DNA of 64,000 nucleotides from a virus (IMGVR_UViG_3300031087_000527:81384-145383); one strand, 5' to 3'; counted from the first letter of the stretch, positions 1 through 8,460 are shown. Made by a program: numbers and translations. Notes: generated by a model from the sequence alone, not told the origin.

Positions 1-1
1 G

Positions 2-337
2 GGTTATGAAGGCACGCTGGTCTACGGTTATGACCATGATCGTAATACTGTTCACGTTTATGCGAAAGCGGGTCAGATTCATGCGGTAACCTATAATTTT
101 GATGGTGAAATTGTAAGTCATTCTTCTGGTGAAGAGGTTTATACTGGAAGCTGTCAGCCTCAAAAGCGTGCTTATCGCCAGACTACGCAGTATTTCTTTG
201 CGAGTCTGATGGCTAAAAAAGGTTATGAACTGGCTATTACTGAAGGCAATGAAAATGAAGAAAGTTTGCCTTTTGGTGTCTTCCTTGAGCGAGCTAATGT
301 TGTTGAAGATCTGAAAGTTATTGAATCACTGGCTTAA
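2..337 (+). CDS. Hypothetical protein, 5'-truncated by window start
   Basis: Open frame +2 from the window edge (GYEGTLVYGYDH...VIESLA*), followed by hairpin accgcc-tccg-ggcggt. Confidence 0.7.
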   Translation, partial: GYEGTLVYGYDHDRNTVHVYAKAGQIHAVTYNFDGEIVSHSSGEEVYTGSCQPQKRAYRQTTQYFFASLMAKKGYELAITEGNENEESLPFGVFLERANVVEDLKVIESLA

Positions 338-379
338 CTCATATACCGCCTCCGGGCGGTTTCCTTTGAGGATATATAC

Positions 380-469
380 ATGAATATGTATTTAAAAATT
401 GTATTCGTTTATGTTGTAGCGCTGGTTTTTGCGTTGAGCTTGGGTTATCACATGGGAATTTTTAAGTAA
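380..469 (+). CDS. Small hydrophobic peptide (29 aa)
   Basis: GAGGA RBS; MNMYLKIVFVYVVALVFALSLGYHMGIFK; below ORF-track cutoff. Confidence 0.5.
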   Translation: MNMYLKIVFVYVVALVFALSLGYHMGIFK

Positions 470-556
470 AGCCACGTAAATGACAACAAAGGAGTTGTGA
501 CTGATCGGATTTATTGCTATACTCTTTTTATCGAAACAAGCTGAGAGGCGATAAAG

Positions 557-787
557 ATGAGCAACACATATTATAATCGTAAAACGGGTAAATGGGTGAC
601 AAAGCGTAATCGCGGCTACCGTTCTTCTCGCGGTTATAATCGTAGTGGCTACTCTGGTGGTTACTATGGCGGTGGTGGTGGAAATGGAGCTGCTGCATGG
701 GTTGCTGGTATTTTAGCTGTCCTCTTTGTTTTGTTTATCCTTTTTTGTATGGCTGGTGACGTATATATCAGATACTTTCTTAAATAA
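557..787 (+). CDS. Gly/Arg/Tyr-rich protein with C-terminal TM helix
   Basis: ORF track; GAGAGG RBS; upstream TATACT -10. Confidence 0.75.
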   Translation: MSNTYYNRKTGKWVTKRNRGYRSSRGYNRSGYSGGYYGGGGGNGAAAWVAGILAVLFVLFILFCMAGDVYIRYFLK

Positions 788-790
788 CAG

Positions 791-812
791 ACCGCCTCCG
801 GGCGGTTTTTTT
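791..812 (+). terminator. Intrinsic terminator
   Basis: accgcc-tccg-ggcggt followed by T-run; same hairpin at 345-362 and inverted near 51432. Confidence 0.85.
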
Positions 813-828
813 ATAGAGGAATCATCAA

Positions 829-924
829 ATGAGGTTGCTTATCTTGTGTTATGCATTAGGCGTATTCGTTGGATTTAAGACTGTAGCGTATTATTTAAAG
901 AGTAAATCTTCCAAAAATAAATAG
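829..924 (+). CDS. Small hydrophobic peptide (31 aa)
   Basis: GAGGA RBS; MRLLILCYALGVFVGFKTVAYYLKSKSSKNK. Confidence 0.5.
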   Translation: MRLLILCYALGVFVGFKTVAYYLKSKSSKNK

Positions 925-950
925 TTTTTGTTGCAGATCAGAGAAGATTG

Positions 951-1196
951 ATGTATTATGACAACATAAACAACGATGAGGATGTTCTGATGAAAGCTAA
1001 CTTGTATAACCTGCTGATTAAGAAAGAGATGTCTTTACGTGATATGGGCGAAAAACTTGGCATGAGTCGTCAGCGCGTAGCCTCTCTGGTGAGCAAGTTG
1101 GAGAAGCGTGGTTATATTAATGTTAAGCGAGCACGTTCTCCGTATGTTGGTGGGAGCTATCTTCAGAACATTTATACTGGCAATCTTTTTAAATAA
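951..1196 (+). CDS. Winged helix-turn-helix DNA-binding protein
   Basis: MSLRDMGEKLGMSRQRVASLVSKLEKRGYINVKR is a typical wHTH signature. Confidence 0.75.
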   Translation: MYYDNINNDEDVLMKANLYNLLIKKEMSLRDMGEKLGMSRQRVASLVSKLEKRGYINVKRARSPYVGGSYLQNIYTGNLFK

Positions 1197-1213
1197 TCCT
1201 AAGAGGCAATGAA

Positions 1214-1528
1214 ATGGCTAAGGTGAAGGCTTTCACATTTAAGAATATGGCTAAAGCGACGGGCTAATGGCATTAGGAAACCATATTCCTGATGTGACCA
1301 TTAAGCATGAAGGCAAGCGCGTTGGCTGGATTGACTCACCAAAAGCGATGATTTTAGTGTCTACCTCTGCGTTAAAAAGAAAAGACTAAAGAAGATCCAG
1401 CGCCTTTTAAAAACGTAAAGCTGAAAATGCGCACAAATACTCTTGAAGAGATGAAAGTGTGGCTCAAGGCGAATACGGAATCACTGATTACGCATTACGA
1501 TCTGTATAAAACCGATATGGATGAATAA
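1214..1528 (+). pseudogene. Frameshifted hypothetical gene
   Basis: MAKVKAFTFK... start and ...KEDPAPFKNVKLKMRTNTLEEMKVWLK...DMDE* end lie in different frames, with about 3 frameshifts near homopolymer runs. Confidence 0.5.
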
Positions 1529-1537
1529 ATCAGAAAG

Positions 1538-3317
1538 GGTATTTAACAGCATACTAAAAATCTGAACAAACCTGATCATCTGCCTTATATTAACATAACA
1601 AATATTTGATTATTATAAAAATGTAGAATATTGTTAAAGCTAAAAGGAGGTCGTTATGGCAGAAAAAACAAAACAACTCAAAACCTTTTCACTTCATGAA
1701 AAGAATATGAAGTTTGTTGCCATAATGAAAAAAGCTGTCCTGCGATATAAGCACCTCGAAAATATGTTGAACATTATCCTTCGCAAAGAGGCTGAAAGCA
1801 TCTTTGCCCTGCCTAAAGAAAAAAGAGACTTCTCTTTTTTCAGCCTGCTCACCAACAGTATCATCATGAAAGCAGTTATCTCAGGCAACAGCGGTGGCGA
1901 GAAAACTCAAGACTCTATTTTGAAATGTAAAACCTTCCTGATCGAAAACCATAATGAAATCTATCAGCAGTTGCTGTCTGAAGGCCAACAGCTCAATGAC
2001 AAGAATATTTCTCAGATTGTAACACGCTTAGGTAAGGACTGGAAAAACAGCTTTAAAAACCTCAGTAAATACTATGCTAATCCCAGCAAGTTCACGGGAA
2101 AACCAGAGACACCTAAAACCAAGAAATTAAGTAAAGTGTTTAACTATTCGGTTCCGCTGGAAGTCAGCAAGTTTTCTCTTAAGAAGAAAGACCGTTTAGG
2201 TATTAATATCTGGAAAAAGATGGAGTATGTATTTTTCCGGGAAAATGATTACATCAAAGATAAAAAGATAAATAACGTGACCGTGGCGCTGTCTCACGGT
2301 CATATTTATTATCAGATTTCGTATGAGAGAAAAAAGGAATCTGAGGAAACTTCGGAGCAAAGACAAGAAAAGCCAAAGGTTTCAGAAAGAAAAGAAAAAA
2401 TAGCAGGCTTAGATATTGGCGTGCATCATTTGTTTTCACTGTTTGTTAATGATAACGATACCGACTCTGTGGTTTACCGTAATGCCAGGATGATTCATTT
2501 TAACTGCTCCTTCAATAAACACATGGCTAAGTTAAACAACGAGCTGACAAAGCATGTGACTGAATACAGGGAGATAACTAAAAAAGACGGCTCGGTTTCT
2601 CAGGTTCCTGAGAAATATACGTCTTATGGTCAGCATCTAAGAAAGCAAATGAGCAATATGTTTAACGCACGCAATCTGTTCTTTGACGGAGAGATGAATA
2701 AGCTGTCTTCAGTATTACTTTCTTATCTGAAAACCAATAACGTTTCTGATTTGGTGATTTCTAAAAATCTGTCTTTTGTAAAGACTAATGGAAACATAAA
2801 ACAGCATAAGAAAACAAAACAGAAGTTCTATCAGATTCCCTTTGGCAGATTGTTAAATCTGCTTGGAGAAAAAGCAATAAAATACGGTATTGATGTGGTG
2901 AATATAGACGAAAGCTATACATCAAAAACAAGCAGCCTGACGGCTGATGTAAATAAAGTAAAACAAATGGCCCTTAAAAAAGAGCCGATTACGCCTGCTG
3001 AACTGAATGGTGTTCGTGGTGTGAAGAAAGGAAAAATAACAAGAGGCTTGTTTCGGGACAGCGTATTGAACACCGTAATGAATGCAGATATCAATGCGGC
3101 GGTTAATCATATTAAGGTAGCTTTCCCCGGAGCGGTTTGTGCTAAGACATTATTAAGAAACAGACTAAAGCTAAATAATCCGCAGAAAATAAAAAGTGCT
3201 AACGAGTTTTCCTTCTTTGTGAAGGAGAATAGTGATAGCAGGAAAAAAGAGGTTGATGTTAGTTCACAACCTGCTTTATACGTTCATGACCAGGTTTGAT
3301 CACATTTAAAAGAACGG
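1538..3317 (+). mobile_element. Non-autonomous IS607-like element carrying tnpB only
   Basis: GG at both junctions (1538-39, 3316-17); removing the insert restores terminator aaagggcc-gaaa-ggctcttt-ttt; right end shared with the second copy exactly up to the GG; no tnpA inside. Confidence 0.75.
1656..3299 (+). CDS. tnpB: TnpB-family RNA-guided endonuclease (547 aa)
   Basis: RuvC-I AGLDIG, displaced RuvC-II IDESYTSK, RuvC-III NADINAAVN; AAGGAGG RBS. Confidence 0.9.
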   Translation: MAEKTKQLKTFSLHEKNMKFVAIMKKAVLRYKHLENMLNIILRKEAESIFALPKEKRDFSFFSLLTNSIIMKAVISGNSGGEKTQDSILKCKTFLIENHNEIYQQLLSEGQQLNDKNISQIVTRLGKDWKNSFKNLSKYYANPSKFTGKPETPKTKKLSKVFNYSVPLEVSKFSLKKKDRLGINIWKKMEYVFFRENDYIKDKKINNVTVALSHGHIYYQISYERKKESEETSEQRQEKPKVSERKEKIAGLDIGVHHLFSLFVNDNDTDSVVYRNARMIHFNCSFNKHMAKLNNELTKHVTEYREITKKDGSVSQVPEKYTSYGQHLRKQMSNMFNARNLFFDGEMNKLSSVLLSYLKTNNVSDLVISKNLSFVKTNGNIKQHKKTKQKFYQIPFGRLLNLLGEKAIKYGIDVVNIDESYTSKTSSLTADVNKVKQMALKKEPITPAELNGVRGVKKGKITRGLFRDSVLNTVMNADINAAVNHIKVAFPGAVCAKTLLRNRLKLNNPQKIKSANEFSFFVKENSDSRKKEVDVSSQPALYVHDQV

Positions 3318-3335
3318 CCGAAAGGCTCTTTTTTG
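3236..3335 (+). ncRNA. Predicted omega-RNA scaffold 3' part plus flank-derived guide
   Basis: Nucleotides near-identical between the two tnpB copies up to the element end; local pairings agcagg/cctgct and ggttg/caacc; 5' boundary not determinable. Confidence 0.5.
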
Positions 3336-3421
3336 TCTTTTGAGAGAGTATTTCAGAAAAGGTTTTTGTTGTATTTGCATGTAATTTTGAGGTATAATGT
3401 ATGCTTAAACGAGGAGATATT

Positions 3422-3589
3422 ATGAGCTTAACATTAGAAGAAAAGATTGAAGCAGTTCGTGAGTTGATGTTTGAGATGACTGCTTCACAGGATTTAGGTG
3501 AAAGCTGTGCTGAGACAATGGGTGTAGAAGAAGAAGATCTGCATGAGATTGCTGATTTTGTTCGTGGTTTGCTTAAACACGCTAAATAA
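3422..3589 (+). CDS. Hypothetical protein
   Basis: GAGGAG RBS before ATG 3422; TATAAT at 3393-98. Confidence 0.75.
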   Translation: MSLTLEEKIEAVRELMFEMTASQDLGESCAETMGVEEEDLHEIADFVRGLLKHAK

Positions 3590-3600
3590 AGAGGTGCGTG

Positions 3601-3804
3601 ATGGAAGTTAATATCAATATTCGTATTAATGATGATGTGCCGGAGCAATACAAAGATATCGTGATGGCAGATGTTATGAGTAAAATCCAGTCAGATATTG
3701 AGAACGGCTGTAATCAAGGTGAACTGATCAGCGAGTTTGAAGGAGATGGCGGAGAAGATTTTTATTTCCGGGGCTGGTGGAAAAAGCAGACTATTGAAAG
3801 TTAA
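3601..3804 (+). CDS. Hypothetical protein
   Basis: GAGGT RBS; followed by terminator. Confidence 0.75.
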   Translation: MEVNINIRINDDVPEQYKDIVMADVMSKIQSDIENGCNQGELISEFEGDGGEDFYFRGWWKKQTIES

Positions 3805-3898
3805 AAACTAAAGAGAGGTTTCCTCTCTTTTTTATTGCGTTAGATTTGCTGTTGTCGTATAATCATTTTAATCTAATACATAGTCGAGATAAACGAAA

Positions 3899-4264
3899 AT
3901 GGAACAAGTTGCTACTGAACTTTGGATTGATGATTTACGTGATCCGTCTAAAATCCTGCCTAACTTCTCTGATAAGGTAGTCTGGAAAAAAGAAGCGTGG
4001 GAAGCACGAAACTATCTTTTCCGCGATGCTGCGCCGATGCTGGAAGTGCTGTATCTGGATAATAACTTAGGTGATGCTGATGTTTCCGGTGAGGATTTGC
4101 TTAGCTTTGTGGCGTTTCGTCTTGAGCGTTATCCCAATTTGAAGCAAGTATATCTGCACTCAAGTGATGATGTGGCGATTGAGCGTATGCTGAGCTATAA
4201 ATCTCACTTTGATAAGGCAAATGTCGCATTGGATGTTGCGCCTTACCGTTCGCGTTGTCTGTAA
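3899..4264 (+). CDS. Stand-alone receiver-like protein (cyclic-phosphate-processing REC family)
   Basis: LWIDDLRDP...LYLDNNLG...SGEDLL...LHSS motif order. Confidence 0.65.
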   Translation: MEQVATELWIDDLRDPSKILPNFSDKVVWKKEAWEARNYLFRDAAPMLEVLYLDNNLGDADVSGEDLLSFVAFRLERYPNLKQVYLHSSDDVAIERMLSYKSHFDKANVALDVAPYRSRCL

Positions 4265-4321
4265 GTTATTCTGGCCCTATATTGCTGTAGGGCTTTCACT
4301 ATTTTAAAGAAGGGATGAGAA

Positions 4322-4672
4322 ATGGTTAAGCGTCTTTGGATTGATGATATGCGAAAGGCTGAGCGTTATCTTGATAATGTTGATGGTGTGGTTAGTGAGT
4401 CTGATGCGCGTCTTGCGCGTAAGCTGGTTATTGAGAGCGAGGATACCGTTGAGGTTATTTACTTGGATAACTTCTTGGGGCATCCCTCGATTACAGGTGA
4501 GCATATTATGGATCGGATTAACTATCGCATTGAACGATTCAAAAACCTGAAAACGATTTATCTTCACTCCAGTGATGATAAAGTGGTGGCTCGGACGCTT
4601 GAGCGTCATAAAGAGAGCTTTAAAGAATATGGCATTGATGTTATTGATGCTCCTTACCGCGAACATGATTGA
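4322..4672 (+). CDS. Second receiver-like protein, paralog of 3899-4264
   Basis: LWIDDMRKA...IYLDNFLG...TGEHIM...LHSSDD. Confidence 0.65.
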   Translation: MVKRLWIDDMRKAERYLDNVDGVVSESDARLARKLVIESEDTVEVIYLDNFLGHPSITGEHIMDRINYRIERFKNLKTIYLHSSDDKVVARTLERHKESFKEYGIDVIDAPYREHD

Positions 4673-4678
4673 GGCTCT

Positions 4679-4897
4679 ATGAAAAAGATTAACTATACGG
4701 TGCCAGGCGATTTCATGCCGTCAGCAACGCGCAAGCAGCGTCAGGATGCTTTTAATGCTCTGGTAATCAAACAAAGTGAGGCTTTTGCGAAAAAGATTGG
4801 CCAGCCTAAAAAACTGTCTGATGTTGAAGCGGGTCGCAGTAAGCCGAAATCTAAAATCAAACAGAAGCGCCGGAAAAGCGTTTTAAAGCGAGGATAG
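4679..4897 (+). CDS. Basic hypothetical protein
   Basis: ORF track; GAGG RBS; operon-like spacing. Confidence 0.7.
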   Translation: MKKINYTVPGDFMPSATRKQRQDAFNALVIKQSEAFAKKIGQPKKLSDVEAGRSKPKSKIKQKRRKSVLKRG

Positions 4898-4898
4898 T

Positions 4899-5279
4899 AT
4901 GACCGACATTAATCACAGGCGTAAGAATAAAGCGCCTAAAAATCAGCGTCACGTGCGATACAATAACGGCTATGGTTGTTGGCCTGATGAACCTGAACAG
5001 CGCGGGCGTGAAGATGCAAACAAACCGGTGCGAGGAAACATTCAGCGGGTAGGCAATACCGATCAGCTTGATAAATCTATGCATGGCTGGGGAGGTCGTG
5101 CAAAAGTAGGAGATGAAATTATTACTGCAGGCGCTGGTATTGGTAATGACTACTGTAATGGTCATCGAGGCATGGCGAAAGCTGTGCGTGGGGCGAAGAA
5201 GTTTGTAAGAACACGTATTCGCGCTAATGCGAATGCGGCAACGCAACGTCTTGCTAAGAAAGGTATTGAAAATGAATAA
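4899..5279 (+). CDS. Basic hypothetical protein
   Basis: GAGGA RBS; C-terminal RGAKKFVRTRIRANA shared with next gene. Confidence 0.75.
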   Translation: MTDINHRRKNKAPKNQRHVRYNNGYGCWPDEPEQRGREDANKPVRGNIQRVGNTDQLDKSMHGWGGRAKVGDEIITAGAGIGNDYCNGHRGMAKAVRGAKKFVRTRIRANANAATQRLAKKGIENE

Positions 5280-5511
5280 GCAGAATGCTCGTGATGACAA
5301 AATTCGTAAGAAATGGCGTCAGGGATATTTGACGAAAGTAAGCGTAGGTGGAGAATCGGTTGTGGCCCACGCCTCTATCGACTGCGATGGAAACAGTCGC
5401 ATGATTGCGAAGTCTAAGCGTGGAGCGAAGAAGTTTGTAAGGACACGTATTCGTGCTAACGCAAAAGCTGCTACGCGGAAACTTGTTTTAAAAGAAAATG
5501 ATGAGATTTAA
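5272..5511 (+). CDS. Basic hypothetical protein, partial paralog of 4899-5279
   Basis: AAGG RBS before ATG 5272; RGAKKFVRTRIRANA. Confidence 0.7.
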   Translation: MNKQNARDDKIRKKWRQGYLTKVSVGGESVVAHASIDCDGNSRMIAKSKRGAKKFVRTRIRANAKAATRKLVLKENDEI

Positions 5512-5598
5512 ACGAAAAGCCCTCCGGGGCTTTTGTTTTATGTGAAAATATCAGCCTGAACGAGAGTAAAATAAAAGCCACCTCATGGTGGCTTTCCT

Positions 5599-6444
5599 TT
5601 ATTCGTTTTCTGTAGGCTTCCATTCTTTGACAATCTTGTTAAACGTTTCAAGATCACGCTCAAGAGCTTTGATGTGATAGGTTTGGCGAGAAATCATATT
5701 CTCTTTATAAGAATTAAAGCCATTGTCGCCTTCATTGATTGTGGTCCATTTCTTATTGTAGTTCAGAAAGCTAAACGTTTTAGCAGCTTTGAAGTTTTCC
5801 AGATTCTGCTTTTCTTTTTCAATCATCTCACTGATGGTTTTAACCATATGGCGAGGGCCATCATCAGAGATTTCCAGGTGTTTAAAGCTGATGCCTGCGC
5901 AAGAATCTGTCTGATATCCATCACCAGGACGTTCAAAGCCGTGATGAACCATTGTTTTATCTTTACTAATGGCAATCTGACGCAGGCAGCATCCACAGGT
6001 TTTGATAATTTTATTAGGGTTTGCCGGAGGCGCGGGTTTTTTGTTAGGATCACGGCCTTTTACGACTTTAGATTTTAAGTCTTTCATTGTGAGAGCTAAA
6101 TCCAAAAGCTCTGCAGAGATACGATCATAATAGACAACCAGAGGCGCACGCTCTTTCATTTTTTCAACTTTCTTGCGAAGAGAGATAATGTTATGCAGAC
6201 TGTCAATGTAGCCAGCATTGTCAATAAAAGCACGCATGTCGTAAGAGCATTCTTCGTAGTTATAATCTGGTTTGAGTTTTTGGTCAGCACGATAACAAGC
6301 ACGATTCAGAGTATCTTTAGCATCGTTGTATACCACATTACGAATAGATCCCGTAGCGCTGGCATCTTCAATAACCTTAATAGCATCAATGGTTTTTTGC
6401 TTGAAAGGGTCATCCAGGCCACTTAAGAAAAAGTCATATTTCAT
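5599..6444 (-). CDS. Hypothetical protein with Cys/His metal-binding motif
   Basis: CAGGAG RBS before MKYDFF; TCGCC...HHGFERPG...SC. Confidence 0.8.
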   Translation of the reverse strand: MKYDFFLSGLDDPFKQKTIDAIKVIEDASATGSIRNVVYNDAKDTLNRACYRADQKLKPDYNYEECSYDMRAFIDNAGYIDSLHNIISLRKKVEKMKERAPLVVYYDRISAELLDLALTMKDLKSKVVKGRDPNKKPAPPANPNKIIKTCGCCLRQIAISKDKTMVHHGFERPGDGYQTDSCAGISFKHLEISDDGPRHMVKTISEMIEKEKQNLENFKAAKTFSFLNYNKKWTTINEGDNGFNSYKENMISRQTYHIKALERDLETFNKIVKEWKPTENE

Positions 6445-6553
6445 CGTCGTATCTCCTGTTAAGTTGAAACCATTATAGCTAAAATAACGGCTTAAAGTCA
6501 ACTTTTTAATGTCTTTATTTAAACTATTTTTTAATAAATAAAATAAATTTAGC

Positions 6554-6582
6554 TTGAATACGACAACATAAGCCGGTATGAT
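6554..6582 (+). promoter_or_regulatory. sigma70-like promoter with GACAAC in spacer
   Basis: TTGAAT-N17-TATGAT, GACAAC at 6562-67. Confidence 0.7.
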
Positions 6583-6598
6583 GGTTTAAATTGTTTAA

Positions 6599-7195
6599 AT
6601 GAGAGAAAAGATTATGATGGATAAGTTGAATGATAAATCGCTGGATGAAACGGTAGCTAAAATGTTTTTTGGCTGGTCTTTATCGTATAGCTCTGGACCA
6701 ACCTTTATGACTAAAAAAGCGCGTGAAGCGGCGCAATGGGTTGTGCGTAAAACTGAGCCTCCATTTAGCGCATTGAACGGTGAGTCAGTTTGGGAAGGTT
6801 CTACACCTTTTGAAGCGCTGGGTAAAGCAGTTGCGGCGTTTGATGTGAAAGTTAAGCCAGTAGTGGATGATGGCATTGAATATAATGAAGATGCTATCCT
6901 TGATGCGGGTGAGGTATTGAATGTTATTTATAATATTAATGCCCAAAATGAAGGCTATGATGATATTTATAAGGTGACTAACATCCTTAAAGACATGATG
7001 GGGAAATATACTGATCCCGATTCTGATTTGGTTGAGGCGAGTTTTCAGCAGTTTTTAGATGTTGTGAGTTCGAGTGAGTATATTCATGAGGTTGTTGAAG
7101 AGAACGCAAGCTTTATTAATTTTCTGCGTAATCAGGTTGTTGATGAGAATTACACATTATGTCATCATATCATTAAAAACGAACCAACGCTGTAA
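6599..7195 (+). CDS. Hypothetical protein
   Basis: ORF track; own promoter and terminator. Confidence 0.75.
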   Translation: MREKIMMDKLNDKSLDETVAKMFFGWSLSYSSGPTFMTKKAREAAQWVVRKTEPPFSALNGESVWEGSTPFEALGKAVAAFDVKVKPVVDDGIEYNEDAILDAGEVLNVIYNINAQNEGYDDIYKVTNILKDMMGKYTDPDSDLVEASFQQFLDVVSSSEYIHEVVEENASFINFLRNQVVDENYTLCHHIIKNEPTL

Positions 7196-7307
7196 ATCTA
7201 AGTTTTGTGTATAGCATAAGATTTAAAAGAGACGCTCAGGCGTCTTTTTTGTTGTATTTTATGACAACAAGAGAGATAATGCGTTATTGAATTTAATGAG
7301 GTGGCAT

Positions 7308-7628
7308 ATGGCAGATTTTGTTAGCGATCACGATATGATTTGGATAACTGAAGCATGTGAAATCATTGATAACCTTCGTGCTGAAAACGAGAATGGTAAT
7401 CATGATTCAGTTAAGGAAGATATATCGGAAATCTTTAGTGGCTGCGATTTAAGCATGTTCACTGAAAATGAAAAGACAGTGTATCAAAACTATATTGCCT
7501 CTATGTCCGAAAAGTTGTTGCCTGAACAAAAGCAGGAAGCGATTGATGACCTTCTTTATATTCTTCATGAGAGTATAGTGTGCTTCAATGAGCCACTGGC
7601 CCGGCAGGTGATAAAAATCATGTGGTAG
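7308..7628 (+). CDS. Hypothetical protein
   Basis: GAGGTG RBS before ATG 7308. Confidence 0.75.
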   Translation: MADFVSDHDMIWITEACEIIDNLRAENENGNHDSVKEDISEIFSGCDLSMFTENEKTVYQNYIASMSEKLLPEQKQEAIDDLLYILHESIVCFNEPLARQVIKIMW

Positions 7629-7638
7629 TAAATAAAGC

Positions 7639-7667
7639 TTGATTAAGACAACACGAAAAGCTATACT
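7639..7667 (+). promoter_or_regulatory. sigma70-like promoter with GACAAC in spacer
   Basis: TTGATT-N17-TATACT; first 14 nt (TTGATTAAGACAAC) identical to the promoter at 31148. Confidence 0.75.
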
Positions 7668-7695
7668 GATTTCAACTTAACGAGAAAGAGATTTT

Positions 7696-7989
7696 GTGAT
7701 GAAAACTGAAAAGCTGCAGCTGGCGAAAGAAATCAAGGCATTTATTGAGAAATATGCGAAGATTCGTGCTGATTTTGATCCTGAATGGGATGATGAGGAA
7801 GACCGTTTCAACGGCCCCGATTCTGCTATGATGGCGTCAGCCGCTGGACAGCTTGAGAACGGAGAGAAGCCTCTGCGTGTTCATTCTGACTGGCATAGCG
7901 GTTGTTATAAAACAACTCTTGATGATAAAGGTTTTGCTATGCATCAGTCTCTTGTTGAACGTATCTACCTCATCATTGATGGTAAATAA
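7696..7989 (+). CDS. Hypothetical protein
   Basis: ORF track; downstream of promoter. Confidence 0.75.
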   Translation: MMKTEKLQLAKEIKAFIEKYAKIRADFDPEWDDEEDRFNGPDSAMMASAAGQLENGEKPLRVHSDWHSGCYKTTLDDKGFAMHQSLVERIYLIIDGK

Positions 7990-7998
7990 GGAGTAATC

Positions 7999-8460
7999 AT
8001 GAAAAGAGTTACTGTTTTTGGACTCCGTTGCCGTGAACATGATGGCGGTGTGTTTTATGTGGTTATGGATGCTGACGGCACAGTCAAATCTTTTGATAAA
8101 CGCCCTTTCTTCAAAGATGGTGTTTGGACAAAGCTGGTTGGATCTAAGAGCTTTTCTGTTTATGGTAAAGTAATGTCCGTACCACAAGGCGTAGACCCAA
8201 GTAAATGTATTTGGGATTATGATGAGGCATGGAACACTCCAATCACTGTAAATAACTGGCAAGATATTTCTCTGTGCGATATTGAAACTGCTGATGCTGA
8301 ATTTAAACGCTTATTGAGAGATTATGCTATCAATCGTGTGAGCAAGGGTAGTGCAAAAGGTTTAAATATCAGAAGTGAATGGCTTGAAGAAAATGAAAAA
8401 GAAGCAGAGACAATCGAAAAAGACTTAATCTTGCTTTTTAGAAAAGTGCAGAAACGATAA
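7999..8460 (+). CDS. Hypothetical protein
   Basis: AAGGAG RBS. Confidence 0.8.
   Translation: MKRVTVFGLRCREHDGGVFYVVMDADGTVKSFDKRPFFKDGVWTKLVGSKSFSVYGKVMSVPQGVDPSKCIWDYDEAWNTPITVNNWQDISLCDIETADAEFKRLLRDYAINRVSKGSAKGLNIRSEWLEENEKEAETIEKDLILLFRKVQKR

Noticed and set aside
2740-2780. Catalytically dead TnpB (TldR-like) because VISKN lacks Glu
   Set aside because: The downstream IDESYTS motif supplies the alternative glutamate, and both Asp residues are intact
3298-3307. CRP site (GATCACATTT)
   Set aside because: Only a half-site, and not conserved in copy 2 (GATCATATTT); explained by the inverted repeat
1200-3600. Cas12f/Cas14 CRISPR locus
   Set aside because: No repeat-spacer array or cas1/2/4 near either RuvC gene; the ends look like a transposon
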